From Antedon mediterranea (taxonomy: Eukaryota > Animalia > Echinodermata): a DNA stretch of 64,000 bases. Shown here one piece after another: positions 1-14,100 of this stretch (its first letter is position 1; every line of letters begins with the position of its first letter). The position numbers were made by a program, and so were the translations under genes. The notes under the pieces were generated by a model, which was not told where the DNA came from, did not search any database, and saw nothing but the letters and a program-made list of their open reading frames with translations. The stretch covers positions 27,153,648-27,217,647 of the forward strand of contig NC_092673.1 of NCBI RefSeq assembly GCF_964355755.1, given 5' to 3'.

Positions 1-2338
1 TGCACAACTTCACGTGAATGCCCATATGTTGACAAAGTTATGAAATGTTATGTTTACACGTTTTTGAGATACGCGAGACACAAAAGCAGAGGAAAAATGC
101 GCGTGCGCGCGTAACGTCTTGTAAAACATGCCATTTTTAATCCACAAAAAGTTTGCCCTTGATATGACTTAAATTTTCACAAAGTGTCAAAACAAATTTA
201 TGCTTGGTTTTTAGCCTATGATCAATCATAAAAAATCATAAAATCGCACGTAAGTCACGTTGCGCAACTCTGACGTCATTTAAAAATAGGAGGTGCACAA
301 CTTCACGTAAATGCCCATATGTTGACAAAGTTATGAAATGTTACGTTTACACATGTTAGAGAAACGCTCTACACAAAAATGGAAGGAAAGAAATAAGAAT
401 AATACAGAAAAAAAAATAAACTAGACATGAAACTCGTCACTTTGACGAGTTAGTTATCCGCACGACAAACGCCACGTGCACGTCATACGTTGGAATATTG
501 CACACGGATAAAGATTATGGCATTATGACCTGAACTGAAGAATATCATACGTTTTTAGTGCTGAATTCAGTCTATTTTGTGTCATATAGTATATACATGC
601 AAACAGTATAAATCTGTATACATATTACATACAGTGTAGAATAGGTGAAATTATGGAACCCGCAATTTATTCAAATTTTTAACATGGTTACGGTATCAAA
701 ATGAAACACTAAGATAGCAATTTCGGGAGGAAATTATCTCAGTAAAAACATATTAACGTGTAGAAGAAATTCGAATACGTGAAATATTGATGCGCGTTCT
801 TTTGAATGTAATGAATGATGACGCAAAATATGAAAATACGACATTTTTTATTTAACTGGCCATATGATGACGTCACAACATGCGATTGGCAAAATGTTCA
901 CAGGATTTCGTATCTACAATCCAATAGCTTCCAGAAAATGTTTTAATCGTGATTATCACATTTTATTCTTACGAGCTACAACAGATAAAAATTTACTGTA
1001 AAGATGAAATTAATGACCCACGTAATTAAAATTTTTAGGCATGATGACCTCATAAAAATTTAAATATTTTTAACTTGTGCGAAAGATAGTTGATTTACCT
1101 AGACAATATCAAAATCGGGGTGAAAATGGAAAACTGATAAGTGGCGATGCGTTCTACTAAATGTGATGAGCTATGACGAAAGATACAAAAATCCTAAATT
1201 TTATATTCACGTGGCCATACGATGACGTCACAATGTCCGGTTAGCCATAAAAATACATGATCCGATATCTACAACTCATCAACTTCCAGAATTTGTCATC
1301 CACAAAAAGTTGATCGTGTAGTTTAGAAATTATGACTGTTTAAAAAAAGGCATAATTTTGACAAATTTTTGAACTTTTTCATCAAAAACGCGCGCAAATT
1401 GTCCAATTCGACGTGCTCGTATGACGTAACTTTATGTCAAAATTGTTTAAAAGTTGGTAAAATTACTAGAAAAGGCTGGAAAAATATAAATCACGCAAAA
1501 AAAATATGTTTTTAATGCTACGTGCGCACCACACACGTAAAAATTTGCGCACGCGTTGGAATTTTTGAAATGCTTAAAATGACATGAAACTCGTAGAAAA
1601 TTGATTAGAAATTAATTTTGCGCATTTTAAAATTTTAAATGCGCGTGCACGCGTAACTTTGTGTAAAACACGCAATTTTTTTTTCACAGGAAGTTAGCGC
1701 ATGACACAAATTAAACTTTTGCAAAGTTTCAGTTTAAAATCTTTTATGGTTTTCGATCTATGTTAAATACGCGAAATTCATAAAATCGCACGTAAGTCAC
1801 GTTGCACAACTCTGACGTCATTAAAAAATAGGAGGTGCACAAGTTCACGTAAATGCCCACATGTTGTCAAAGTTATGAAATGTTATGTTTACACATTTTA
1901 GAGAAACGCTCTACACAAAAATAGCGAGAAAGAAAGAAGAATAATACAGAAAAAAATATTGATCCCATACAATAACAAGGAGTTATCCGCCAAGTGCGGA
2001 TAACTAAAAATGATGATCCCATACAATCACAAGGAGTTATCCGCCAAGTGCGGATAACTAATAAAGAAAAAAAAAAAAAGATCCAGGACGATTACAAGGA
2101 GTTATCCGCTACTAAGCGGATAACTAATAATACACAAAAAAAAAAAAAAAATGATGATCCCATACAATCACAAGGAGTTATCCGCCATGTGCGGATAACT
2201 AAAAAAAAAAAAAAAAAAGTAACAGGACGATTACAAGGAGTTATCCGCTACTAAGCGGATAACTAATAATACAGAAAAAAACTGTTGATCTCATACAATA
2301 ACAAGGAGTTATCCGCTTGGTATACCAAGCGGATAACT
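1..2338 (-). mobile_element. Distal end of a nested cluster of non-autonomous Helentron/HINE-like elements: partial unit 1-420, complete unit 421-2005, five extra terminal hairpin caps 2006-2338
   Basis: Same family as 47405-64000. Read on -, the unit has a 5' AGTTATCCGC-loop-GCGGATAACT hairpin, a 3' GCGGATAACT sub-terminal repeat, an AACTCGTCA-aag-TGACGAGTT stem-loop and a CTAG end flanked by TT. This is the DINE-1/HINE architecture. No Rep/helicase ORF. Confidence 0.8.
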
Positions 2339-2633
2339 AAAAAAACTGTAATAGGCATAAAACTATTTATTTGCTGTGTATGTGGTAGCCTTGATTTTAC
2401 TCCAAGGCCTAAATCAATAAAAAGAGCCTCGGCAAATCAATGCCGTGGTAAGCTAGCAGGACCTCGGCATTTACCTCGGCATTGCCGAATGCCGAGGTAA
2501 ATTTCGCGGGCTGCAAGCTTTAAAAAACAGCATGGGACCTTTTTGTTTTCATAATGGACCAACATGTGCGCATGAGAAAAATGAATAATTAAATATGTGT
2601 ATAATCTACAATTTTGTTCTTCAACTTACGTAG

Positions 2634-2852
<219 letters not shown>

Positions 2853-5462
2853 ACTGATTGCATCGCTCATTGATTGTTAAGCAAGTGTTATAGTAACAGT
2901 TGTGTCATCATTCTTTTTATTGTACTTTTTTTTTCCTTATTAAGCAACCAACATGGAATAGTCAATTCAAAACATAAATGTTGTTTACCATTGTGTGTAA
3001 TTATCATCAAAAAACCAGTCAAATATTAATAGTTTTTATTTGAAAAATTGGTTGGTTGTACTGTATCACAAAAACAAAAGGCCTCTGTAAATTAATATAA
3101 CTGTATAAATTATAAACAAAAACACATTTTTTTTTTAATCACAAGAATTGAGAATGTTTTAGTAGTAATGAAATTAGTGTTTAGTATACTAAATTCATTT
3201 ATTATAAATGGTTAGGAAGATATGGCTATAAAAAATAACTAAATAAATAAAGATGATTTAGATTTATAGCAAAAAATGTTCATCTAATTATATTGCTTTA
3301 CTACAGGTATCACTCTGTTAATATTCATAGAATTACATTACTTGTATTGTTTCTTTTTAAAACATAAAATGTGTTTAACATACAAAATAAAATTGAAATG
3401 CTGAACAGACCTTGACGGAACTCATCCTTTTATTTCATATATCAGTCATTTGCATAAGAAACATCTTATTAAATTTGCAACTTTTCATATCAATCTATAT
3501 TTTGCATAGATGTGATGCGACGAACTAGAGAAATAACTAGGCAACAAAGATACGAACAGGACAGGGAATCTTTGAAATGTCTGCTATATCTGTTAATGCA
3601 GATATCAAAACAGCTTCAAAAAGGCATAGCTGATTGAGAATACAGGCCTATTTGATAGTAACTATGTCCAAGTTGTCTCTCTAGTTTTATAAATAATACC
3701 TCTATGATATTTTGTAATATTTTTCTGTTTTATTCACCACACAAAATAACTCTCCCAATACTCAACACCTTTGAATTTTGACCTGTTTCGTAATGTTTTA
3801 GAATTTGTGTGTGATAAACTTGAATCATTCTATTTTTCAAATTAAGTTTGAAAGTATAATATGGAAAATTGTGAAATGACATCCAAAAGAAAAGTATCTT
3901 TTGATTAAATTATCCATCGTCTAAATTTGGAATATTCATTTACAGAAATGTCATGGTCATGTGAATTACTTATATTTTTGTTTGTACAAGGGACATAAAA
4001 GAAAAGTAGTCATTGTGCTAAATAGTTGAAATAATAAATACTAAAGCTTTCAAACTATTTTTCTACAAGTGTTTTTTATTTTGCTCTGGCCTTTTTAACT
4101 TTGACCATTCATTTCATGCAAGCAATGATGCCAAATAATAATGAAAAATGACCAAACCTTCAACAATGTTTTGAGTTAACTTGTATCATGATAACTAAAT
4201 ATGTAAAAAAAGGGCACTTTTTTTCAAAAAAATGTCAAGCATTTTATTGTGTGATCTGTATTCGCATAGCACATACGGTAGACTGCGTTTATACCGTCTT
4301 AAAGAGCCATAGTAAATGATTATGTCAAAAAATAAAAGGGTTGAATATTTGTCAATTTTTGGGAAAATTTTCCTGTCCTATAGTACAGGTATTTTTTTAA
4401 AAAAATGTTGACTTTTTAAAATTCTTATTATGCAATAATTTGCATAGCGCATATATAATGTACTAGCGCGTTATTGCCCTCATACAGAGCCATAATAAAG
4501 AATTATGCCAAAAAATAAAAGGGTTGGACTTTGGTTATTTTTTGTCTGTGTAGTATATTATTACAGCTGGGATTGGCAAAATAGCAAAAAAAGGTAACAA
4601 TTTCCCTGAACTATAATAATATTGCATCATATCATCTTTATAGACGTAGTGAGACTAATAGATAGTAACCATAACATTTTAATAAATCATGTAAAAATTG
4701 CCAAAATAATAAACTTTCAAAATTCTTATTCTATATTTTTGTAAAGAAATGGCAAGAGGACAGAGTAGTCCTAGAGGGTGTGGTCCAGGTTTTTTTTTCA
4801 TTTTTCATATCGAATATGACAATCACTTCAAATAGTTTTTGATTAGGAAATAAAATATGATGAACGTTCTTTAATTAAAACATTATTATATTATTCACAG
4901 AAGAAAGTGTTTTCAAAGATTACAGAAAATTGTAAAGTAGACTATATTGGGTGTGGTTCTTGCTTTTTATTACAGCATTACGTCAAGCTAACAGATATTA
5001 ATATATATCATATATAATCGATAATCGATATAACTATTATTAATTATATATATGTATTGATATAGTATTTTTTTGATATGCATATGTTGACTTTAATACA
5101 AATTCACCACATTATGTGTACATCTTCGTATTTAGGAAATAGCATGAAATTAAATGGACCATTTATTAAAAGCAAATTATACATTTACTGTACACACATT
5201 TTACTGTATTAAAAATAGAATTTGTAATGGAATGTCTGTAAAAGAACACTTAAAATAAATAGCACATTTCAAAGCTATCAATATTATATAACAATCAATA
5301 TTACCAACAGCGCCATGCAAACTGGGATCTTTCATCTTAAGGATTGCAAGACCCCAAACTTGTAATTGAAATTTGGACCAGCCTAAAAGGGCCCTGTCCG
5401 GTTTCCAGCCCTAAATCTGTGCCACTGTACATTGGGATACCATAATATTAATCATATATACA

Positions 5463-5821
5463 TTAAGATGTACAGTATTGTCCCCCTGAAAAAATAATTC
5501 TTAAAACAATGTTTGTTGAAAATTCTATTTTTAATGTAACATAATAGTTATCCACTTTGACCAAAAATTGGATCGAAAAAATATGTATTTACCTGAAAAA
5601 ATGTAATTTAAAGCAAAAAATGTTCAAATTGGCTGCCAGCCAATGGATTTTTGGTTGAATTTTAACATTTATTTCGTCATTTTATAAGTTAAAACAAGAT
5701 TTTTTTTCGTTTTTTTTTCTATTGAAGTGATTAACTTTATGAAAACTACAAAATAACATATTCAAAGTCTGATTTAATTAATCTTCATTTTTCATGTTTT
5801 TGAGGGACAATACATCTTTAA
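5463..5821. mobile_element. Kolobok-like MITE (TTAA-flanked), degenerate
   Basis: Imperfect terminal inverted repeats ttaagatgta..tattgtcccc / gagggacaatacatctttaa. Confidence 0.45.
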
Positions 5822-5900
5822 GAATTGCATAAATTGTTTTAAAAATACTTTACATTCGTGGAGTCAGCTGACCATGTGTATCTGAAACTGCAATGCATAA

Positions 5901-6081
5901 AGGGTCTTTCACACCTGTCCCGGCACGGTTCCGGTCCGGCGCCGGAAAATCCAATCGAACGTCAATGTTTCGTTTTCACGCGGCTACGCGCATATCGATT
6001 GGCGCATAGCCGCGTGAAAACGAAACATTGATGTTCGATTCGCCGGACCGGAACCGGGCCGGAACAGGTGTGAAAGACCCT
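5901..6081. mobile_element. PIF/Harbinger-type palindromic MITE
   Basis: TIRs AGGGTCTTTCACACCTG / CAGGTGTGAAAGACCCT, near full-length fold-back, 3-bp TAA duplication on both sides. Confidence 0.8.
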
Positions 6082-6188
6082 TAACGCCTGTTCATACATA
6101 GTGTGGGCCGCCAGTCTATGTACTATTCAGAAAAGGGTAGGTCTTATATACTGTATTAATATATACAATAATATGCTAAACAAAATAT

Positions 6189-6451
6189 TTATCCAAAAAA
6201 AATTCAATTAAACAATTACGATAAAATGTGTTTTTTAAAATTAAATTTAAACGAGTTAATATTGGTACATTCTTTCAAAACAGAAGGTAATACATTATAT
6301 AAAATACAAGCAGAATAAATAAAAGAGCGCCGGAAACATTCCAATTTAACTTTGGGTACCAGCAAGTCTCCCCTGGAAGCAGCCCTAGTCCTCATAGAGC
6401 GTATCGGAACAGTGGAAAATCGTTGGGTGATGTATCGAGGGGCAATATTGT
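6189..6451 (-). mobile_element. Inverted partial copy of the adjacent LINE 3' fragment
   Basis: Reverse complement of 7019-7281. The ORF track shows the same peptide NIAPRYITQRF...FKKHILS on both strands. Confidence 0.9.
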
Positions 6452-6831
6452 AAAATATTTTACTTTGACTATATACACAAATATGAATAATCCAGTTATA
6501 ATTACAGTAATTAGCCCTGACTGCCTTCATGACAATCTGCCACTGATACACAGTAGGCCGGCTGGTCATGTTTTAAAAAAACTCTGCTTGTGTATACATA
6601 CTGTATACAATCTTCTGCCCCAGTAGGACCTACATTGAGCACCTTTTCATGAAATTACCTCAGAGTACAATATTTACAATTTATAATTACAGGCATAGAG
6701 AAATGCTGATACACTGAAAAATAATATTATAAAATGAAGATGAGGACATTTGCTACAAAGATAAAAAGCTGCCTCAATACAGATTCAAACCCATTGATAT
6801 GCAGGCATTATTACCATGGTATCAAATCTGA

Positions 6832-7455
6832 TTGGATAATGACACCGAAAGTAAAACAAACATTAATAAGATTCAAAAACTTCAAAATCGCGCTATGCGT
6901 GTTGTTCTTCAAGCTCCGCCTCGCACCAGCACTCACATTCTTCTAACATCTCTCCACATCATGAATGTGTCACAGAGGGTGCAGTACCAGGTAGGCTGCC
7001 TAGCTTTTAAAGCCATGAACAATATTGCCCCTCGATACATCACCCAACGATTTTCCACTGTTCCGATACGCTCTATGAGGACTAGGGCTGCTTCCAGGGG
7101 AGACTTGCTGGTACCCAAAGTTAAATTGGAATGTTTCCGGCGCTCTTTTATTTATTCTGCTTGTATTTTATATAATGTATTACCTTCTGTTTTGAAAGAA
7201 TGTACCAATATTAACTCGTTTAAATTTAATTTTAAAAAACACATTTTATCGTAATTGTTTAATTGAATTTTTTTTGGATAATTATTTTTTTATATAATAG
7301 TTTTAAATTTAAATGTATATAGTAGATTCGTATTAGTTAAGTATAGTTTTATATATTTTGTCATTTTTAAGAGGGCTCCTGAATATCAGCTGGCCTGCGG
7401 GTTCAGCTGGAAGGGTTACCCTCTATAAATAAAGTTGAAATAAATAAATAAAAAA
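6832..7455 (+). mobile_element. 5'-truncated non-LTR retrotransposon (CR1/L2 group), ORF2 C-terminus plus 3' UTR
   Basis: KIQKLQNRAMRVVL...FIYSACILYNVLPSVLK...NSFK is typical of the CR1/L2/Crack ORF2 C-terminus. The 3' stem-loop gagggctcc...gggttaccctc is followed by a (TAAA)n tail. Confidence 0.85.
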
Positions 7456-8038
7456 TGACTTTTTGGCACCTGAATTTCAATATTTTAATTACACATTTGG
7501 TCTTTGTTGTTTGTCAACTATATTGTAATGAACATTAAAATAATTTATAGCTCTATTAATAAATGTATCAATACAGTGAAACTTGAAATGTATGCTTCAT
7601 ATCAGGGTCAACTTCCTATAGCATTTACAAGTATTTGTGCCATAATTTATGTGCATTTCAAAATTAAAAACTTTGAATCTTTAAGTTTAAATCTATTTTT
7701 AGCCAATTTGAAAATTATGAAAGACAGTAAAGTTTATTATAATTGTAACTAATGGCAAGAATTTAGCCCAGCTGACTTGTGGCACTCACTGTTTGGTGCG
7801 ATAGAAAGACTAAATAGGTTAACAAATCTACGAGCTAGATAAATGTGTATCTGCCGTCTGACAACTAGTCCCGCTTCCAGATACGTAGTTCCCAGAAGAA
7901 AGTGTGCTTCTGTTGATTAAATAACTCTCGGAGTCACACTCTGAGTAAGGAACAGAACTGTCTGCAAATGGGTCAACTGAGGTCAATGGTTCTTCAGAAA
8001 TCATAGCATCATTTTGTACTTCAGTCAGTAAATTTCCA

Positions 8039-8151
8039 TTACAGAGTTGAAGGTAACGAACATCTGCACTGCCTTCTTAATTCGGCGTACAGTATTATAA
8101 AAATTATGAGTACTATTGACACTATTATAATAACTGCTATATACTCCTTGC
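8039..8151 (-). CDS. Cytokine receptor-like exon: transmembrane helix and short tail
   Basis: Acceptor ttttattttcag. Translates GKEYIAVIIIVSIVLIIFIILYAELRRQCRCSLPSTL*. Confidence 0.75.
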
Positions 8152-11100
8152 CTGAAAATAAAACAACCAGAAAATGTATATAAATATATATATAAACATA
8201 CATTTTAATAATTATCAATCAATACATTTTCTCTGTATTTTTTTTGTTGGTGGGGGGAGTGATTTTTCTACTGTATTGAAGAACTTTCTTATAAGTAGTG
8301 GGGGGTGTTTCACTGTACCCACCTACTTTTTTAACATTTCTGGAGGTCCCACAACATGAGATTGAACTATCTAACTATTAAACAAAAAAATTAGGCTTTT
8401 TTAGAAGAAAAGCAAAATGTTCTATTTTATCATAATAAGATAAATCCTTCTGGAAATAACACATTTTAAATTTATGTACACATAACCAACAGTTTGAGGC
8501 TCAGTTTATTTTTTATGTACAAGTGTCTTTTAATTAATACCAGATACCTGCTTACTAAATTTGTACTATTTGTTTTTGAAGTGTGAATAATTAAATAAAA
8601 AAAATAATCTTCTAGATTCATACAGACCCAAATGAATACTGTTCTGAAATTCTAAAAACAGTCTTACCTATGCCACTTGCAGTTAATTGACCAGCAACAA
8701 AACTGGAGCTAATCGTGGTATAACCAACTGAATTGTGTGCTGTGATGTTTACAATGTAGTCATTATATAGTGCCAAACCTACAGTATGAATCAAATTGTT
8801 TTATGGTATACATAATCAATTAGTTTGTTTCACATAAATCATCTCCGAAAAAAAAACCCCACCAAAATAAGATCTGTCTACACTATCAAACTAGTTTGAC
8901 AAAAAACAAGGGGTGATGTTCCCAAATAAGGTAGTGATATGCTTAATGCTTAAATTTCTGCTCAACCGACCTGTTCACTCCACATTCGGTGTAAATGTAA
9001 GTACATTTCGTATTTTTTTCTAATTTTATACGGTCATCATAATTGTATAATTGTAATGGAGGGGCGGATCTAGGATTTTGATAAAGAGGGGGCCGATATG
9101 GGAAACTAATCATCTAGGGGCGTCCGAGACATGCTCCCCCTGAAATGTTTTTTTTCTAGACGCCCGGAGACAGCATCTGAGGCGTTTTGGCCAGTCGATT
9201 TTTGTCATATAATTATCTGAATATAGTGTGTTTTATAGACCATATTTAATATACAGAACTGTTTATTATTATTTTTTTTCGTCAATAGCCTAAAGCCTGT
9301 TTTCCTGTCGACGAAACGTTACGACTAGTTGCATTATAATTTTAAAATAAAATTTGAAAATAAATAACGATAACGATGATCGAACCGGACTGCGAATATT
9401 TTCACATTTTTACGCAATCGTTAATGGTGGTTACTGAGACACATGGACGTGAAGTTTTGCAAAGCCAAGGCCGGTCATGCGCAGCCGTGCCCGCTGAAAA
9501 ATTGAAAAAGTTACTTAATCTAGGCTTTACACTAAAGACAAACATTAAATTAAATTGTTTTTATATTATAACTTAGTTTTACTTAAGTAATTGTGTATTG
9601 TAACTGTTAAGCTTATTTTAACTTGAAATGGAAGGCAATGTCATTCAATTTACTTCTCAACAATTTTCCATTACTTTACACTAAAGACAAACATTAAATT
9701 AAATTGTTTTTATATTATAACTTAGTTTTACTTAAGTAATTGTGTATTGTAACTGTTAAGCTTATTTTAACTTGAAATGGAAGGCAATGTCATTCAATTT
9801 ACTTCTCAACAATTTTCCATTACTCAACACAATAGTGCCATTTTTCAAGTAGCTTTAGGAGTAAAAGGTATCGGTTCATACAGTATTTACCTGTAAATTC
9901 AACTTGAAGTGATGTGTTGTATTTTGTAGTAGCTATATCCACTTCTCTATCATCAGAAAAAACTGTTATTTTGTATTTAAGAAGATGACCATTTTGTTTT
10001 TCTGGAGGTAGTTCCTAAGAAACAAATTAGTTTTCTTTTTAATTATACTGTAACAACAGGAATGATTCTTTTTTTTTTAAAGAAAATGAAGATTTATTTC
10101 TAAAGACATTTGCATTTGTCAAAATCTTAATGAAATGTTAAATTATGTCACCATTGCATGTTATAAATATTTAAAACCATGCTATAAAAGTGTGGTATGA
10201 GGAGTATTGGAGGATCCCAATAATTTGTTCTGGTTAGGTAGCTTTTAGTGGGTTTCATCATGGAGAATTCTCCATGGTTTTATGAATCAGTTTCCTAAAG
10301 CTTAAAAAAAAAAACCAATCTTATTATACTGATTGATCGATCGATGTTTGGTGTATTATTTCATTTATCTGCTATTGTTAATAGCCTTTAGATAACCATC
10401 ATAAGTTTGGATACTACAAACATGATGAAATAATTATGTATTTTTGTAACTTATACAGGATTTGTTGCAATTCAAAAGAATTTTATTACAATAATTTTTC
10501 ATTTTGGTCATTCATTATCTGCCAAGTAAAAACTATAGATAGCATTATTCATTTTTTTATAAAAAAAAGAATCATATCAGCAGTTTTGAGGTAAAAAGTA
10601 AATACATAAATTCACTTTCATATACTCATGTTTGGTGTGCGCAGAAGTGTACTCTATGGTCCTCGATGTCTGCGAATATACCCGTTTATTACTCTCAATT
10701 CCTAACCCGCTCTACTTTTTTCACTTTTTCCGTCTGATAATATCTTTACAAATATATATTTTGTGGTGTTTATTTTCATACCTCCCAATTGCACGTAAGT
10801 ACATCATATCCATCTTTCCTTTTGCAGTTACCATCCACTGTACCTTCCGGTGGTTCTGTTGAAAAATGTTTAGTTCAAACTAAATTAAAGGAACTTAAAA
10901 TTGTTGATGATTTCATGGAAATAGTAAAAACCTTAATCAACTAGGGACCAGTTGCTTTTTGTACTTTTCTGTGGTTTTATCCTTGATTATCCACTTGATC
11001 AACAGAATGAATAAGTAAATAAAAAAGAAACTTAATATATCTTGACTTAGCTTTTTGTCAAAACATGAAAAAGTATTGCATCCCTGGTTTTAATATACAA

Positions 11101-14100
11101 ACAAATACTAGAGGCCTACGGCAAAAATAAACTGTAGCTCAATTGAAGATAGAAGCAATGGTTTGCGATTATATGGTCAAACTTTAATATAATGCAAAAA
11201 TGTATTCAACTTTACTTGTTTCTTCTTTCATGACAACAACAATGTCCGACCATTTATTAATGTTGCCTTCTCTTGAATATCTGACGGCAACTTGTACCTC
11301 ATACTCCTTGTAGCCTGTAGGTATGTCAAGAATTTTCTCAGACAAATCGTCATGTGATCTATCACAAGGGATCTGAAAAACAATACAAAAATATCAAAGT
11401 TTAGTGTGAGCAGAAAAAGGAAACAATAGTGTCTATGAAAGTGGGAACTATCGCCCAACAAATAATTTATTTAAATTTTAATTAATTTAAATTTATTTAA
11501 TACACTTCGCTTCCAGTCCATCGCCTCTCGTACAAATAGATTTCGTAATAGTTTTTACCCATCTGCCATTAGAATACTGAATCTTACAGAATGATGTGTC
11601 ATGGCATTTTGTTCTGTATTATATTGTGCTGTAGTTTCAGAGATACACACTTTTAGGCGAATGATGTAATTGAATTGAATTAAATGTACATAACGTACAT
11701 TTTTTTAGGTTATTGGATTTTTAAAAACATACCTCGTTCTTCTCTGGAGGTTTCATGTTTGGATACACCTCCTTATAACTAACAACGTAAACATGCTCTA
11801 TTTTATATTTTGTTGGATCCCAATTTACTTTAAGTAACGTGTCATTTTCAATCCGTCCCACAACATTCTTTGGAGGATACATCATGACTATTAAAAGAAA
11901 AACAAGAAATTAGTGGCAGTGGTTTCAACATAATATATTACAATAAGAAAATGGCAATTCATTCATTTATCTAGTATGATTTTTCTGCTATATTGATTTT
12001 ATATAATTGCCCATTCACTGCACAGTGTTATTTCCAATTTTGTGCAGAAATAGTGATTTTGAAATTAATTGTTTTACTTACTAAAACAGTTTTTCAAAAT
12101 TGTGTTTATATTGTACTGTAGGTGGGGGTTGGTCTAGGGGGAAACAAACAAAATTATGAAAGACTTTTTTTTCCCCATGAAATTCTTATAAAACTAGAAG
12201 GCCACTATACAATTAGTATAATTCCCCTACATGATTTCCCCGACATTTTTTAAAAAGTTTTATGTCTAGTGCTCAGTGTGATTAGATTAAAGTGTACTAC
12301 AACTTTTGAATGTGAGTTTGGTGTAATGGTTATATATCCAGCCTTACACTGTTGCGTTCCCTGGTTTATTTCCTGCTGTGAAGATCTTTTTTGTTTATCA
12401 TCCTTATTATTTCTTTTAATATTTTATTATTATTTTTAATAATTATAATATTTTATATTTTAATAACCTAAGGTTACGTTAAGACTGATCACTACCAGAT
12501 CACCGGCTTCTCTATCAAGGCCTATTGTAAGCTCTCCTAACCTGGTAACAACAATCTTGAGCAGCTGTGCAAGCTGCACAATTTCAGATGTACAAGTATC
12601 GTACCTCTATAGATTATTGGACTAGCATTGTGTTGTCTGGTTGCTGAATTGTTTTTCTTTTTTGGCAGAATCCATTAATTAAAAACGAGAAAGACCCAAT
12701 TTTATACAATTGTATGTTTTTCTTCATGATCAACTCTATATATCGTTGTGATGATATAAGTGTGATGCATGCAATTTCAATTATTAGAGTCGGCTTATTT
12801 TCCACATTATTGCAATTATAGGCCCATGTTGGATTTCTATTTACAAAAAAAATGTAGGCAAGTTTGCGACCTTTAAAAGACTGAGGAAAAAAATTAATAA
12901 CTTATACTAACTTATAAATTGTGTGTATATAGAACTTACTGCTATAGAAAGCAAAATAAGCAATGTCGTGGTCTCCTAAAGCATTTGAGACATGCAACTG
13001 TACTTTCATTCTGCCATGGTCATAAGCTAAATCTATATATTCATTATGTGTCTTTTTATAATTTCTACAAAAAAAAAAAGAGAAAAACATCATAATACAT
13101 TTAGTCAATATTTATGAACAGTATATATGTGTACAGTTTATATATACAGTATATATAAATACCACAGGAACTGCAGAATATTAATTCTAAACTGCCTGGT
13201 AATAAATAAATTAATTAATTTGAAATGATAAATAAATCTGTGAGAATGAGAAAAAGTTTCAAACCAGGATATGTAGATGCCCTAACCATTGAACTTTCAA
13301 ACTATCAAATGTGGCATATCTTCATTTTTTTGTCACATCAAATTTGATAGTGTAGACAAAGCTTTACATTCTGTCTTTGACAAGGCAAATCCATGATTAT
13401 ATGCTGTAAGCAAACTCTCCATAAACTTACAATAAAGGTACTGAGGCCCTTCCATAGTAAATAAGGTACTCATTTGGAAGGTTTGTATCCAAGTCTCCAG
13501 GTAGCCATGTGCATCTGAAATGTGTAATATTCGTCTCAAAGCATGTAAGATTTTTGATCGCTACCGGTCTACCTGTTGAAGGATATTAAATTTATTGTAA
13601 TTGATAACTTTACTGTACCATGTAGTAATTGAGAAATCAATTAAGTACACAAAAAAGCTGACACAAGAATAAGTGGTGGCGCTAGACCACACCGAGATAC
13701 AATGGTGAGGTATGATAAACAATCAAGACGTCACTCATGTGAATAAGGCCACCGATGCTAGTAGCTGTAAACATGTACGATTATTGACCGCTCCCTGTTT
13801 ACCTGTTGAAGGATATTAAATTTACTATAATTGATAAACAAATTTAATACACACAAAGAAACATTTTGTTAGAAAATGATATTACAACATTATATATACC
13901 GTACTGACGCGGGAATAAGCCCACCCCCCTCGAACATGAAATCACGTCAAGTTTGGGGGGTGGGCTTATACCCGAGGATCCAAAAATGCAGATCGTCAAA
14001 AACAGCACATGTACACTGTGTATTCCACCATGCGAGCGAGCGCCCTCACGTGTACGACGTTGCCTCTAAATACACGAGGTGTAGAGTGTCGGAAAATTAA

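Noticed and set aside
1955-2338. CRISPR array (palindromic repeats with spacers)
   Set aside because: Eukaryotic context and no cas genes. The spacers are A-tracts and recurring leaders, and the repeat is the terminus of the adjacent mobile element.
12605-12836. Alternative exon for the second half of CBM domain 1 (acceptor at 12837, NPTWAYNCNN...IAC supplying two Cys)
   Set aside because: The frame hits a stop before the candidate donor at 12604. Exon 13064-12940 already satisfies phase and motif. At best a decayed pseudo-exon.
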